A DNA stretch of 64,000 nucleotides, from contig NMRA01000268.1 in NCBI GenBank assembly GCA_002633005.1, positions 2,509 to 66,508 on the forward strand, given 5' to 3'. Of this stretch, positions 25,102 to 38,160 are shown one piece after another. The first letter of the stretch is position 1, and each line of letters starts with the position of its first letter. A model generated the notes under the pieces. That model saw only the letters and a program-made list of their open reading frames with translations. It searched no databases and was not told where the DNA came from. This DNA comes from Phoronis australis (taxonomy: Eukaryota > Animalia > Phoronida). The translations under genes were made by a program, and so were the position numbers.

Positions 25102-28100
25102 GTCCCAGGCACTAACCGACACCTGTTAGGCCAAAGGAAAAACGCAACAGACAAATGGAACACGCTGGGTGCTTAACAGTTTCGGCCACGCCTTGGGCAT
25201 CAAAATATCGTCCACTTGTTTTTTATTGCAAAACAAAGTACTAAGCTCAACATTTATGTTGAAATTTTTGGTTAAAGCATTTTGAATTTATTTGAAGAAA
25301 ATTAAAATACTTGAATTGATAGAGAATGGCCACCAAAAAGTAAAACGTTTGTTACATACAACACAGCATGACAAAATCAAAAATAAAAGAAGAGATTGAG
25401 CAATAAAATGCAAATGCAACTTGGGTATTTATTTATTTATTTAAAGGTGAGAAAAAATCAAACAATATAATATTGGGTAATTTATTAGAACAACTGCATC
25501 GAGGTTCAATGACCAACTTCCGCTAACCATGTCTCAAAGGTTTACAGTTCTGTTTTGGCTGACAAGGTGTTAACAAATAATGAAGAGAAACTGACAAGAA
25601 GAAAAAGGACAGCAGAGATAAGTGGTGTTAAGAACAACTAGAGCAAAATGTCAAATAAATAGGTCACAAATACAAAATAAGTAAGGTCTATCTGGAACAA
25701 AACAATTGCGATTTATTTTCCAGAACTGAAATTCTAAATCAACTTTAATCGATTTAAAAATCGATATTATACTAGTAAAACAGTTTGTGGTTGAAGTAGA
25801 ATTGCTGTAAACTACTTTCCATTATTTTCTTCGCCTTTTTCTGTGCGGTTTTCTGTTCTTTCAAAAGGGGCAGCATATGACGACCATAGGTGTCATTACA
25901 AAATCATGATGGCTGCCGAAAAAGCAACGCAAAGTTGAACAACTCGGCATAAGTAAAAGAAAACGTTTGAATCAACGAATACTATATATTTGTGAGAGTT
26001 AAATCAAATCCTATTCAGAGCATAACTTTGAAGTGGAATAATTGGGCCAGTACGACAACAAGCCGGTCTTATGCTTAGGAGGACGACCATTGTGTTCCCG
26101 AGTATATATCGAAAAGCCAACGACCGGCGGCCGGGGTGCGTGCCAAATCTGGGAGACAATTCAGACACTCACCTTGCCCGTTGCCAGTCGTTTACGGGAA
26201 GAACAATCTAATCAATGTCATTTTCTAGCACTACTCTGCGCCTTTTGAGTTGTGTAACAAAGACAGTCTGTTGTCGTTTTGAAAACAGTACGCTCGTGAA
26301 ACGCGCACGCGCCGTACTAAAATTGTGCGACTTCTTTTGGTACATGATGACAGCTTCGCAGCAGTAAAGTTTGTTCTAAGTTCGGTTTGCAGGTCTTAAA
26401 AGTGCTAATAACTTGTAACGAAATGAAACCAGTTCCGAAAATTTATTGTGACAGTACGCAACCTCGTGGCAGCAAAGAACAGTTGATAGAAGAATAAACC
26501 GGGGGGGAGAAACTGTTCAGGTCAGGTGACGTAATCGCAAAACGCCGACGTACAAGAGAGCACTTCAATTTTAGCAATAGCCCTGGCCTAGATTGGCGGT
26601 AGAACGATAATTCTTCCAACACCGGTAAATAATTTGGTTTACTCAAGGAGCGGTGCAGCAAACGTTGTAACCGAATTTGTTGAAGGAATGTGGCGAATAA
26701 ATTTTAACAGAAATTATTTTGCCGGACTCAGGACCGCAGCCTATCGAACACGTTGCGGATCGAGACAAGACACTGGCGAACGGTAAAGGCATGCGGTTGC
26801 AAGCTGTTTTGTAGAAGTAAAATATTCAAATCATAAATGCCGCATATATTCAAAGGTAGTTTCAGACACTTGCATGAAATTACAGGCTGGTTACTCCTGG
26901 GTCACACTACCGCGGCAGCCCTTAGGTTAGCTATAGCCTCAGTGCCAGCTTCCAGTATGAAGACTATCGTCAAAATACAGCTTGTTAGTAGGCCTATTAC
27001 AGCTTTGTGCCAAGGCAACCCTTAGGCCTACCTGGTCCCTGGCCACAGCGCTCGCTCGAACCAGGTTTATTTAGAACTTGGGGTCTTCTGGAGAACTGTG
27101 CAAAGTTGTTGGCTTTCAACAGAGATTTGCCCAGACTTTGCATAGTGAGCGCCAAAAGCCTAAAAAATGAGGGCTGGAATTTTTGGGAATGTCTACCTTT
27201 TACTATAAGATTCACTGGGTATGTTCAGAGCTATGAATTGTAGACACTAAAATTTGGTACTTCCTGTCTTCTAGTGGACTTTTGTCTCGTTTTCTACTTT
27301 TTTTCGGAGTTCGTGCTCCTCTGACTGAGGCAGACCTTTTTCCATTTCTCCAAATAGGGGGCTCCTTCGAGCACATAAGTATGACAAGTCCACTACAAAA
27401 TGTTATCATTTTTTATTCATTTAGCCAAAATGATTCAATCTTTTAACATAATAAGTAACTTAAAATGCAAAATACTTTACAACATTTAGCATTACAAACA
27501 ATGTCCAACATTTTCCATGATATGAAAGTGGACATACATGTAACTATTACCAGTGTTTCCTTACACCAGAATTTGACAACCATGATTTAAAAAATATGAA
27601 GTTGCAAGGAACAAGAATTGGAGGCTTGAAGCTTCACAATACAACATACCTTATTTTTCAAATTAAGATTATTCATATTGTTGACTTCATAACTTGAATG
27701 AAGAAGCAATAAGTTACAACACAAACATGACTTAAAATTTTGGAAAATATGAATAATTTTGTGACACCTAATCAAGCCTTGAACAGCAATTGACAGTCAA
27801 GCAAAAAAACATTTCAAAATTATTTCAACTCTTTTTTTAGCTTGGTGTAAGATCACCTGAATGGGAAATCCACAGTAAAATAATTCGAATATATCTCATA
27901 TTTTTTGTACAAAAACACGAAAATTGAACTAAGTTCCGTTTTTGTAGCAACGTTTGTCAAAATGTATCAACGTTGAATCTCCACAAATTACAAAGTAACA
28001 GGTTGAACATGCCTTCCAGTTCAGCTAAAGTCTCCATGTTGTCAGTGCCGCCAGAAATGAGACCAACGGGAATTGCGAGCACATTTATCACTTAATAAGT

Positions 28101-28459
28101 AACAACTGCGAGGCTGAAATTTGGTGAACACTGTTGAATCGTGCAGAATAGTAAGTAAAGAAATGTCTCACTAAATTTCACCGTAAATTGTTGTCGAAAA
28201 CAATTTACACAAAGTTTTAAACTCGTAACTTATCCCGCTGTCCACCAATATGGCCTACATGTACGCGATCCAAACAAAGCGACCCAAATTTCGCCACAAA
28301 AGTTGCAATAACTTTACACTGCTTGCCGGAAATGTGGGTATGGAAATAACCGATGTCAGCCGGTAATTATACGCTCACAGAGAAGGGTCAAATACTGTTA
28401 AAAAATCGCTTTTGGCAAGGAAGGCGAAAAGAAGAAAGGGTGTCGAAAATAAGATTTTA

Positions 28460-28754
28460 TTTAGTAAGTATTTTCGGATACTGGAACCACATGTGCAGTT
28501 TGAGACCAGGACTTTAGTGACACTATTTTTGAGTCAGATTTCATTTAGTCATTTTCACATCGACGCGAAGCCTACAGCTTTGCACCAAGCCTAAAACAGA
28601 TCTTGCCGATCGGGAAAGTTCAGTTGTCGCCAGTCCTTGTCGTGGATACGAATTTATTCCACGCACGGCACACGACGTGAACGGTGGGGAAGTTGCGCAA
28701 ATGTATCCCACTGCCGCTGACATTGCTACAACCGCACACCACGCAAAGAGGCAT
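28460..28754 (-). pseudogene. THAP-domain remnant (DNA transposase N-terminus)
   Basis: MPLCVVCGCSNVSGSGIHLRNFPTVHVVCRAWNKFVSTTR then a stop (28754-28620), matching the THAP C-x4-C..FP..W pattern. A frameshifted LK..VVP-like motif lies near 28500. Confidence 0.7.
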
Positions 28755-29865
28755 TTTAGCCCAAAGATTAACAAGTACAGAACGTCCAAGAAATGGCACT
28801 CAGCTGTTACGCAGTGTGGCGTCCCATTAATTTCGTGGCCACGATGATGTCATATGAACCACTTTACGCTGATTGGTTGAAATTTTTTCTGGGGAGCTCG
28901 AAGGGGCTACGAATTATGAGCGGTGTAATTTGCGTTGCAATTACATGTAATTACTTGCCGTGGTATGTAAGAAGCAAAAACAATATTTTTTATGAACAAT
29001 ACATACATTTCTGGTGTCAAAAAGGTGTTTTAGCAGCTGGACGCTGTCGTTAAAGATGCATTTCGCAAACGTTTAACTGCCAACGTTGAATGCTTAACAC
29101 AAATGGTTTGGGGTTTAAGAGTGATGATATGTTTAAAAACACATTATTACGCTCATAAGATCTTGAATTGTCATCGAATGAGGCTACAACTCAAGTCTCA
29201 AGTAATGTCTACACGGGCTAGTTTTGAATCTGAATTTGTTGAGTCGCTAACGGTTCCGATATTCTTGTTGGTAACTGAGATAGAATCCTATCACGGGAAG
29301 GAATGTTGTGAGACGAATGCAAAAGGCCCAATTCCATGTTACTTTGTTAATCATCTAAACAGGGCTTGTTCTTTCGGGTAAACGAAGAAAGCCACATTAA
29401 GGAAAATCAATCAAGGTTGGTGTTGTTGATCAACCAACCATTGTTTATAATGAGGACTTTCAAGTATATAATTAGTTGGCGCAGGTGCCGTGACGTAGAT
29501 GTACGTGGGATATTAATACAATGTAATAAACAGGCAGCGACTGTGATTGGTTTTAAAAATGTTTTCTTCCTAATAAAGGCTGGGTGCTTGGAATGTCAAC
29601 GGTTGATCTTTGAATTGACACCAGAGTGGGAACATTAATCAAGTTTGTTACAGAAGCACAGACACTCTCGTCTCGAAGCACATCGAGTCTGTTAGCTAAG
29701 ATAAAATCTGTGCTCAAGACTCATTACGACGATCAAAGATTTGGAAACTCTTGGAAATTTTCAGGTAACTAAATATAGGATATTTTTATTGTGTTAAAGG
29801 ACAACTATCAAGGTCAGCAATCATGGTATCCAACCGGGGTTCTTTTTAAAATTAGAAACCAACTA

Positions 29866-30081
29866 CATGCGCGCACCCAGCCTTAAATATGAGGGACTCG
29901 TATTCCTAACGTTGTGGACCTTTTGGTAAAAAAATAGCCGGCGGACTAAAAAAAAAAACGGACGCACCACTGTGAATTGCGCGTTTGGGCTTGTTTAGCG
30001 GACTTTTGTCTCATTTTTCTCACAGGCGGACCTTTTTGATCACTTCGCCCCCCAGCCCCCCTCCCCCTAAGTGCGCGCATG
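29866..30081. mobile_element. MITE, CATGCGCGCACCC family, 5-bp TSD
   Basis: TIRs CATGCGCGCAC and GTGCGCGCATG. TSD AACTA/AACTA. The interior is homologous to the copies at 53898 and 54316. Confidence 0.85.
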
Positions 30082-30799
30082 AACTACAGTAGACAATCAG
30101 TGCAAGGAAAAGGAGAGAAACAGTGGATTTGGCATGAGCCCATCATTGAATACCTGTTGTCTACTGTAACTCTGTTGATGACGTTGGCAGGTGAATATTT
30201 TGTTTGCTATTGGTAACATACCAAATGAAATGCATATACAAAAAAACGACTCAAACAAAGTCTGACGGGGTTGTTTTTTACCAATGCATACGAATGTTTT
30301 CGGTGACTGCCGACGATAAACTTCTGATACTGTGACAAAAAATTCGAAAGAAAAAATCGAAGCGAGAATTTTCAACTACCTGATCGCCATTTTTCAGTCT
30401 GCTCAGAAAGGTTACTAATGGTTACAGCTGTACAAAGGTCAGGTTTGAAGTTTGTGACAAACTGCGACAAAATGGCCGATGCCACTGCTTTGAGACTTTC
30501 TACAGGCCCATTGTCACAAGGATGATGTATGGCCAAATTTCATTCAATGTAAGTGTCCAAAAAATATCACTCAAAATGGTTGTTACAGTTTTCTAAAATA
30601 TTATGTATAGTTTTTGTTGCAACTTTTGATTTTTATGGAGACCATTTTGGAAGAGAAATGCAACAGTATTTAATACAATTCCTAACAGGTTATGGAAAAT
30701 TGTACATAAAGCATAACATATAAAGTTTACCCGGTCACGCTTTTCTGAGCCAACTTTGGACATTTTTCTAGGTTCTTGAGTAACTTACATATAAACATG

Positions 30800-31780
30800 G
30801 TGTTATCTACTACCCAGCTTCGTCGTCTGCTAGGATTTCATCTTCATCGTGGGTTTCGATCTTGACCTAGAACCCTCTCTGATGGTAGGTCACTGAATGC
30901 TGATTAGACCTCCAGCCGACGCTGAGGTTCCCATTTGTTCTCACGCTGTAACCACAGTCACACGGTTGTTCACTCCGCTGCTCTTATAGTAGACTTGAAT
31001 ATATCAGCTCACCCTCTTGATTTAATACCCAGTAGCTTCGTCATCCGCCACATGCTGCCTGCAATAAATCCTCGACATCCAACTTCTATGGAAAGACAGA
31101 AGCATTTCTAGCCATTCGCTGCACAGTCCTGCGATAGCTCTACGTACTTGAGTAGTTTCTTCTCGTGAGCGTCCTGCACCCTAGTCTCCCACGGCACAGT
31201 TAACTTAATCAAAATCAGAATGTTCTTGCTATCTGACCACAACACTATGTTGGGTCTTAATTGGGTTACTGCAATATGCCTCGGGAATGAACCCCAAGTG
31301 ACCACATCCTCCGCCACAATCTTCCAGTCGGCAGCCATGCCTAGAACACCCGACTCGCACTTCTTAGTGGATATTCAGCCTTTGTAGAATTGAATGAATG
31401 CTTTTCCAGAGTTATAGTTACCTTCATTCTTTCCAGATCTAAAACATGTGCAGTACACTTAAGAACCTTGTGATGGTTCCAAGTGTACTTCCCTGAAGTG
31501 AGAGCTTCTCTGCAGCTAGATAGAAATTGTTCTAAGGTACACCGCTTGCCACATCCCCTGCAGCTGTCATCCTAAGATTGACAGGAGTTGGGAGAGTGTT
31601 ATATATAAAGCCAAGTAAAAAACCCAATCTGAACAGGTCCGAAGACAGAAGGTCTTTACCAGTTATCCTTCTGCTGAACACTCCTTCCCATGGTGTCCAT
31701 GCACCCTGTTTCCTCAGTCCGACCGCTTCAGCATGTCTTCTCTCATTCTCCTGGGATCTAACTTCACCCACAACCACAGC
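30800..31780 (-). mobile_element. HERO-clade (restriction-like endonuclease) non-LTR retrotransposon, 3' fragment
   Basis: QGAWTPWEG, LPTPVNL, CGKRCTLEQFLSSC (degenerate CCHC), YTWNHHKVL, and LRPNIVLWS...LTVPWE...EKKLLKY...IEVGCRGF. Decayed and 5'-truncated. Confidence 0.85.
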
Positions 31781-33046
31781 TCTTGTTGGTTCAGTTAAAC
31801 CAAAAACAAACTAATAGCTATTACAAACACGACATTTAATACTTTTAAATTAAGAACGACAACAACAATTCATAAGAACAAAACAAGGAGCGGCACCGGC
31901 AGCAGAAAATACACATTTTGTGTCAACTACCTTTGGACAGACATTAAGAAGAGTCCGAGATAAAGACATAACAATTCAAAATTTCACAGTTTACATTGAA
32001 CAGCCTATTATTTTAAAAGGTTCCTGAAGTACAATAACATGCATTTTAATGTAATTTAATTGATGAATAACGTCTATATCAGAAATCACATCTTTGCTAC
32101 TCTTTCACATATTTGTAAAATAGCGTTTTTTCCAATGTTAATTCCTATTGGCTAACGCGCGTCTGACGTCGCTGAGGCTGTACCGTGGGTGAAGGCAATA
32201 AGATAAATCAAGCTTGTTATGTATATAGCTCATTGGGTGAATGCGTCTTGGCTACAGAACTGTGCTTAATGTCTATAATTCGTTTGCGATCTCTGCTCTC
32301 AAAAGTTCATAATACAAGTTTACTGCCGTGTAGTGTTGACTATTAGTGGAACGACGCCGTTCTCGGCACGGGCCAGGAAAGGGCCCCGACTGCGTATAGC
32401 TTGCCTTGGTGCAAGATGTATAGTAAATATACAGCGGCCGTTGCACCGGCGTGGGTAAAAACTGGTCAAATAAAATCTGGCACAAACTTAGTGTCATTAA
32501 AAATTACACTCTTCCTTGAGTAAACTAAATAATTGACTGGTGTTAAAAAACTGGCGTTCTGCCGATCACTCCGCTACTAAAATTTGGGTGCGCTCTTTAA
32601 GGTCGGCTTTCGGCGCCGTCCCCTGTTGCCTTATTGGCCAGTTTCATTCCCCGAGTTGTTCTTCTTCCAAGCGATTGAACTGTTTTACGAAGTTGTGTAC
32701 ATGTCACAACAAATTACTAGAGCTGATTTCATTTCCTTACCAGTTTTTAGTATTTTAATACCAGGAAACCCAATTTCATGAAAAATTGCTCCTGCGAAGC
32801 TGTCATCATTTCCCGACAGATGTCACAAAATTTTAGGAAGTAGCGTGTATTGAGCGTACTGTTTTCTTTGTTACAAAAGACTGAGAATTATGAAATAAAA
32901 TGTTTACTAGATTGTTTCTCACTTAAATGGCTCCAGCAGGCAAGGTGAGTGTCAGTTGACACCCAGATATTTGCACGCTCACTGCCGGTTTAGAGCTGTA
33001 CATGTTGATATAAGTTTGGCGACGAGGTGACGAGCAGAACTACCCG

Positions 33047-33446
33047 GGCCCAGTTTCCAATCTTTTTACTCGAAATGGAACTCGAAATTAGGTTTGGCAT
33101 TTTCTACTCTACTTTTGGGCGAACTCAAGATAAGTGTCTATTATTCTGTGCTCGAGTACACAATAACTTACGTAGATAATTTATTGCCCTTAGTTCACAG
33201 TTTGTAAACCCAATAGTAAAGCAATAAGTTCGAGTTTGAACTCGAAATTTCGAGTTTTTACTCGAGTTTGTAGCACGAATATAAGGGTCTTCAAGGGCAA
33301 ACTTGAACTAGAAACTCCTATGCATAAACTATATTTATTCGAGCACAGTCTGGTAACCAATTTTCTTAAGTTCGCACAAAAGGTGCAGAGAAATTGCCAA
33401 AAATAGTTTCGAGTTCGCTTCGAGTACAAAGATTAGAGACCGGGCT
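33047..33446. mobile_element. Harbinger-like MITE
   Basis: ~45-bp imperfect TIRs GGCCCAGTTTCCAATCTTTTTACTCGAA vs AGCCCGGTCTCTAATCTTTGTACTCGAA (reverse complement). 3-bp TSD CCG. Many internal CTCGA motifs. Confidence 0.75.
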
Positions 33447-33864
33447 CCGGGCTATGTGAAAATTTGGAGTCTAACGGAGCTCAACACACAGCGCTACTGA
33501 TACCTAGTTGTATTTTGAAGATAGTCTTCATGCAGCTAGATGGATGGCTAGGCCCTGGGATGAATCAAAGTCACAGGAAAGAAATACGAAAAAGCTTGTG
33601 AGTATGCACATGTTGATCTGTCGTCTGGACTACGTACTCGCACGGCTGATGACCTATATCTCTTTGTGCTCTACAGCCTCAGTGACGTCACGAAAAACAG
33701 CGCTTGCAGTGGGGCTTTACAGGACTAATAAATTTTGTACTTTTCAAAGTAAAAAAAGAAAAATACTGTGCACAATTTAGGAATATGTGGATGCCAGTAA
33801 CCAATCTTTATACTTTCAAAATTCATATGAAAATGCTTAAACATGTAGTTCAGGCCTCTTTTAA

Positions 33865-34442
33865 GGCTATCTCAGTGGCCTTCATTCTAACTCGTATATC
33901 AAAAAACCAAGCTTTGACAAGTAGTAAACGTGTATATTTTCTAAACGAAAAAAGATCAGGAGAATATGTTTTATATTTATGTACCATTATTATCATTACG
34001 TTAATATCTTTTTAAGTCAAATTTTTAAGAAAGGTATGTTCATAGCAAAATAATGCCTCGGTCGATTTTAATGAAACTTTTTTAAATGAAAACTTCACCA
34101 ATTACCCCCAAAAACGCTGTTAGGAATTTTCAGTTAGTCTTTTCGTTTGGTTTTTATGACAAATGAACTCGCAAAATGTGTTTTTTTTGTAAAAATAGCA
34201 GTCGTATTCGTCTTTCCTTCATTAAGCAAAAACTAGGCCTTTATATCAAAACTCCTAAAAGCGTTTTTGAGAATGAAGATAAATATTAAGTTTGGAAAGT
34301 TTCAGCGAAATCCACTACGCCTTTTCCGAGAGATCGTGTTCCTTATATCAAATTCATTCTATTTCCGAACCCGAAAAAAATTCTATTAAATTGGGCTAAG
34401 TGAAAATCTCAAGGTCTTCGATCAATATAACCTATACATGCC
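33865..34442. mobile_element. Possible Kolobok-type MITE
   Basis: TTAA|GG ... CC|TTAA boundaries. The TIR match is weak. Confidence 0.35.
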
Positions 34443-35281
34443 TTAACCATGTTAGCTATTTCAACATTTACTCGCAATGTCAACTGAATTTGCAGTGCGT
34501 AATCAATGTAGTCGTCGTTAGCTCCCTCAAAATCCCCATCCCATTCTCGACAAACAAATATTCTGTTCGCAAAACCTCTGTGATACGCCTAGCTCTTTTG
34601 TGAAAGCTCAGCTAGTTCGAAATGGGGCAAGATGGCGACTTGTTATTGGTCTGTTACTTCGAATGGTGAAAATATCATGAGGAGCAATTGGAAAAGACAT
34701 CGGTTGTTGTAAGGTCCAGAGGAGCGTTGTCGGACTTTCTCTTATGTCCATATACGCATTGGTTGGAGTTTGTAACAGGAAATAGAATGCTATGACGATA
34801 AGGAATAATGCGAGACCGATCTTATGAAAGCAAAAGTTCTAATCAGATTTTCCTCATTTAGACAGTTATCAGGAAGAAAGGCAGCTTTGTGTGACACAAA
34901 GCACATTAATAACGTTTCTTCAAAGTGCTGTCACGTGGGATTCATGATCAATTCATTTAGCTGTTGTCACCGTTACAAGAAAGGAATCACGAGTATCTTT
35001 TCTTGCATAACTATGTTCGATTTCGTTACCCATGATCGTAATTGTCTTTAAAACAGCGACGGAAATAATGTGGTTAACGTCATACGCAACAATTAGTAAC
35101 GCACTTCATACAATGTAACAACCCGTTCACCCTGTTTTTATTTGCTTCCGTTCGTCGTTAATTACTATATTTATTGTGTTCTAAGATTCCGTGATAACAT
35201 GCTATAAACATTGCCACTAAATAAGATTGGTACTAACCCCGCTTGTCAAAGTAAACGGTGGGGTTTGGAAAATTGAACTAG

Positions 35282-36882
35282 ACCGTATTTATCTACCTTG
35301 GCTGAGTCGCGCTCGGCTCACGATTAAAGGGATGCCGCCAAGCTGCTCTATTCATCGAGTCACGAGCGAGGATAATTGGCTTCGCTCATGAGGATATGAT
35401 CAGCTGATTACAATCTAGCTAGCAGACTGTACTTTTTATGGAGAGAGTTTTACGTAGTTTTTACTGTAATATTTGAAAAGAGGAGCGAAAACAAATATGG
35501 GTACAACATTGAATTTTTCAAATCGGCCCAAGATAAGAGATTTTGCAACACAACAACACTCATGATTACTTTCATTCGGCACGCACGAATACAAAAATAT
35601 AGGACCCACGTTATCTAGATTTTGGAACACATGCATTGCAATATTCAAAATACGTTTATTATGAATCTTACAAGCTGTAAAACGTCGTTTTTTAATTTCA
35701 TTGTGCTCATTCATTGTCATTTGTCAAATCGGCAATTTCCGAGATGTGGTCTGCGGCGTGCGCGTATGTGTACAAAACACGTGATTGTTATGTTCCTGAA
35801 GTACGAAAATTAAGAAACTTTAGCATGCCGTTATATTATTGACAGGGACACGATAAAACGAATTTGGATTTTGACTATAGTCTTGAAACAGCGAGCTGGC
35901 TGACCACTGCGTCAGTGCCTCCGTTAGACCCAGAAATTTCACACAGCCCGCGTTCACCTCGTCCCCAACATGTAGATCGAGCCTTGGACTATAATACTCC
36001 ACGGTAGAGCTACATTGTAACGGCAGTCGGCCTGTGCACACAAAATCTGTGAGTTAACCAGCACCCACCTTGCACGTTGCAGCCGTTTAAGTGAAAAGCA
36101 ATCTAGTAAACGCCATTTTTTGCATAATCCTTCGCCTTTTGTAACAAAAAAGTCTATCGTCGATGACCCGCACACGCACGCTCACTCACTCTCATACGCA
36201 AACGAACTTCAAAACAAGCGTCACGTTACAACAACATGTGTGTTCATCCAGAGATTTTTCTCGTGTTGTGGAGTACGATGTAGCGCACATTTGGACTTAA
36301 TCGCAATTAATCTGGACTCCACATGAACTTTAAAAATTGTAAAACATAAGGAAGATTTCAGGTAATTTGTTGAGTCGAAACTATATTTTTATTCAAGAGT
36401 TCAAGTTTTCCTATTGACGATCGCGATTCAGCGACACATCAGTCTGCAAGTTTTCGCCCTGCGATGAGCACAATTTTTGAAAAATTATCGTAATTTAACA
36501 ACGGAAGTTGATAGCAATGCACCACAATTTTGTAGAAAGACTGTCATAGAATACAAATACGTCACAGAGCGTTAATTTGATGAATCCTAGCTTCCGATTT
36601 TACCCGTTTGGGAAACCGTGTTTCAACTGCCGTAGGCTACAATAAGCGTCCCCTCCCCGTGAAATGAATTTTTCTAAGCGTTTATTAGAACCAATACAAT
36701 TTACAGCTTTCCACCAAGGCTAGGTGATGCTACGACATTATTCTTTGTTGCATTAGTAGCTGGTCTAGGCTAATTATGATTTTATGGCCTGGTCATCCAT
36801 TCAGCCAAAAGTAGTTCCAGAGGTGGCTTATCAGCTGACTCACAATAGAAGCCTGATAAGAGTGAAGGTGGATAAATGCGGT
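35282..36882. mobile_element. Unclassified non-autonomous DNA transposon
   Basis: Inverted termini ACCGTATTTATCTACCTT (35282-35299) and AAGGTGGATAAATGCGGT (36865-36882). The interior at 35907-36111 is homologous, inverted, to 32902-33491. Confidence 0.55.
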
Positions 36883-37199
36883 GTTCCTACAGTTTCTTGT
36901 GGTAGTGGATGTGTTCACGACATGAATCAAAATTAAACATTTACTTGCTTAACATTTTCTACTTTTGAAAATCACATCTCATCAGCTTACACCGACATAT
37001 TCTATGATCCAAATTTTAAAGTTTATCGTTTAGCATCCGATTTACAAAAACCTGGGAGTAATATGAACATTATAGTCCTAGACAAAAACAGAGGATGTTT
37101 GTATATTGACTAGATCAACTGTTGTAGTTCGAGCATGCGCGTAATTTCCAGTTCGTACGTCAGTTCTGCGTTTGATCTGAAGTTAAGAACCACTATAAG

Positions 37200-38160
37200 A
37201 GATATAGATGCTTTTAGAAATTTCTGCCTTCAATTTAAAGGCGTTAAAGGTGACTGTCTTTGGGTCCCACCTCGACAAGTACAGGAATTTGTTCTCCGAC
37301 TGGGATTCCAAGAATAGCAGCGAGGTAACGCAACTTATGCACATCATAACAAGATTTAATGTCATTGTTAACTTTGTAACAGTTTCTCAATACCTGTTCC
37401 ATCTGCCCGGCTTGATTGTAAAGTAGCGAGGGGAGGCACTTGGAGTTGTCGGTGCCTATGATGAAGTGAAAACACAGTACCACCGAGTTGAGACCCGTCT
37501 TTGATCAGGCGGTTAGACTCGCAGAGCATTACCTGCGATGTCTACAAACCACGCACAAGCAAACACCAGTCTCTAAGTGGATATTTAAAGCTATAACATT
37601 ATACGATGTCTTTTGACTAAATTTCACAGTTCCATTTCTTAACAATACCATCTCTCATATGGAGAAAAGGTGTGACGGCTTCGCACTGACTGCTTCCAAG
37701 TCACAGTATTTAGTTCCTTCAGTTCTGCATACACGCACAGCAAATGGGAGTGAATGAGGCCTGCTCAGCACCTACCAGTCGGACCTGCCATCTGCTGAAC
37801 TATTTGAGCTGAAGCTTAGACAATGTAAAACTAAATATTGTAACGTTAAAGTGGAAAACAATCCAACAACTGCAGCGGAAGTCCTTAAACAGCGTGACGG
37901 AAATTACCAAATATTCGTGTGATCCTGAAACTTGGTTTTACACTTCCAGGCACTTTATGGGAATGTATACAACAGGCGTGCAAGTACGATGCAGCGGCTG
38001 AGTCATTACAATGCGAGCGTCGACATGTCATGAGAGGTTACGCATATGCTTTAATCCAGATTCAGTATAGCAACTCTTTTGATATTGACCAAGTGGTCAC
38101 CGCGATTGCAAAGAACCCTGCAAGAAAACTCCAACTTCATGCCTCACCATTGACAATATA
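37200..38160 (+). pseudogene. hAT (Tip100/PRKRIR-like) transposase C-terminal remnant
   Basis: WDSKNSSEVTQLMHIITRFNVIV...LPGLIVK, VPFLNNTISHM, YQSDLPSAELFELKL, PTTAAEVLK, NIRVILKLGFTLP and DIDQVVTAIAKNPARKLQL (hATC dimerisation region). Multiple lesions. Confidence 0.8.
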
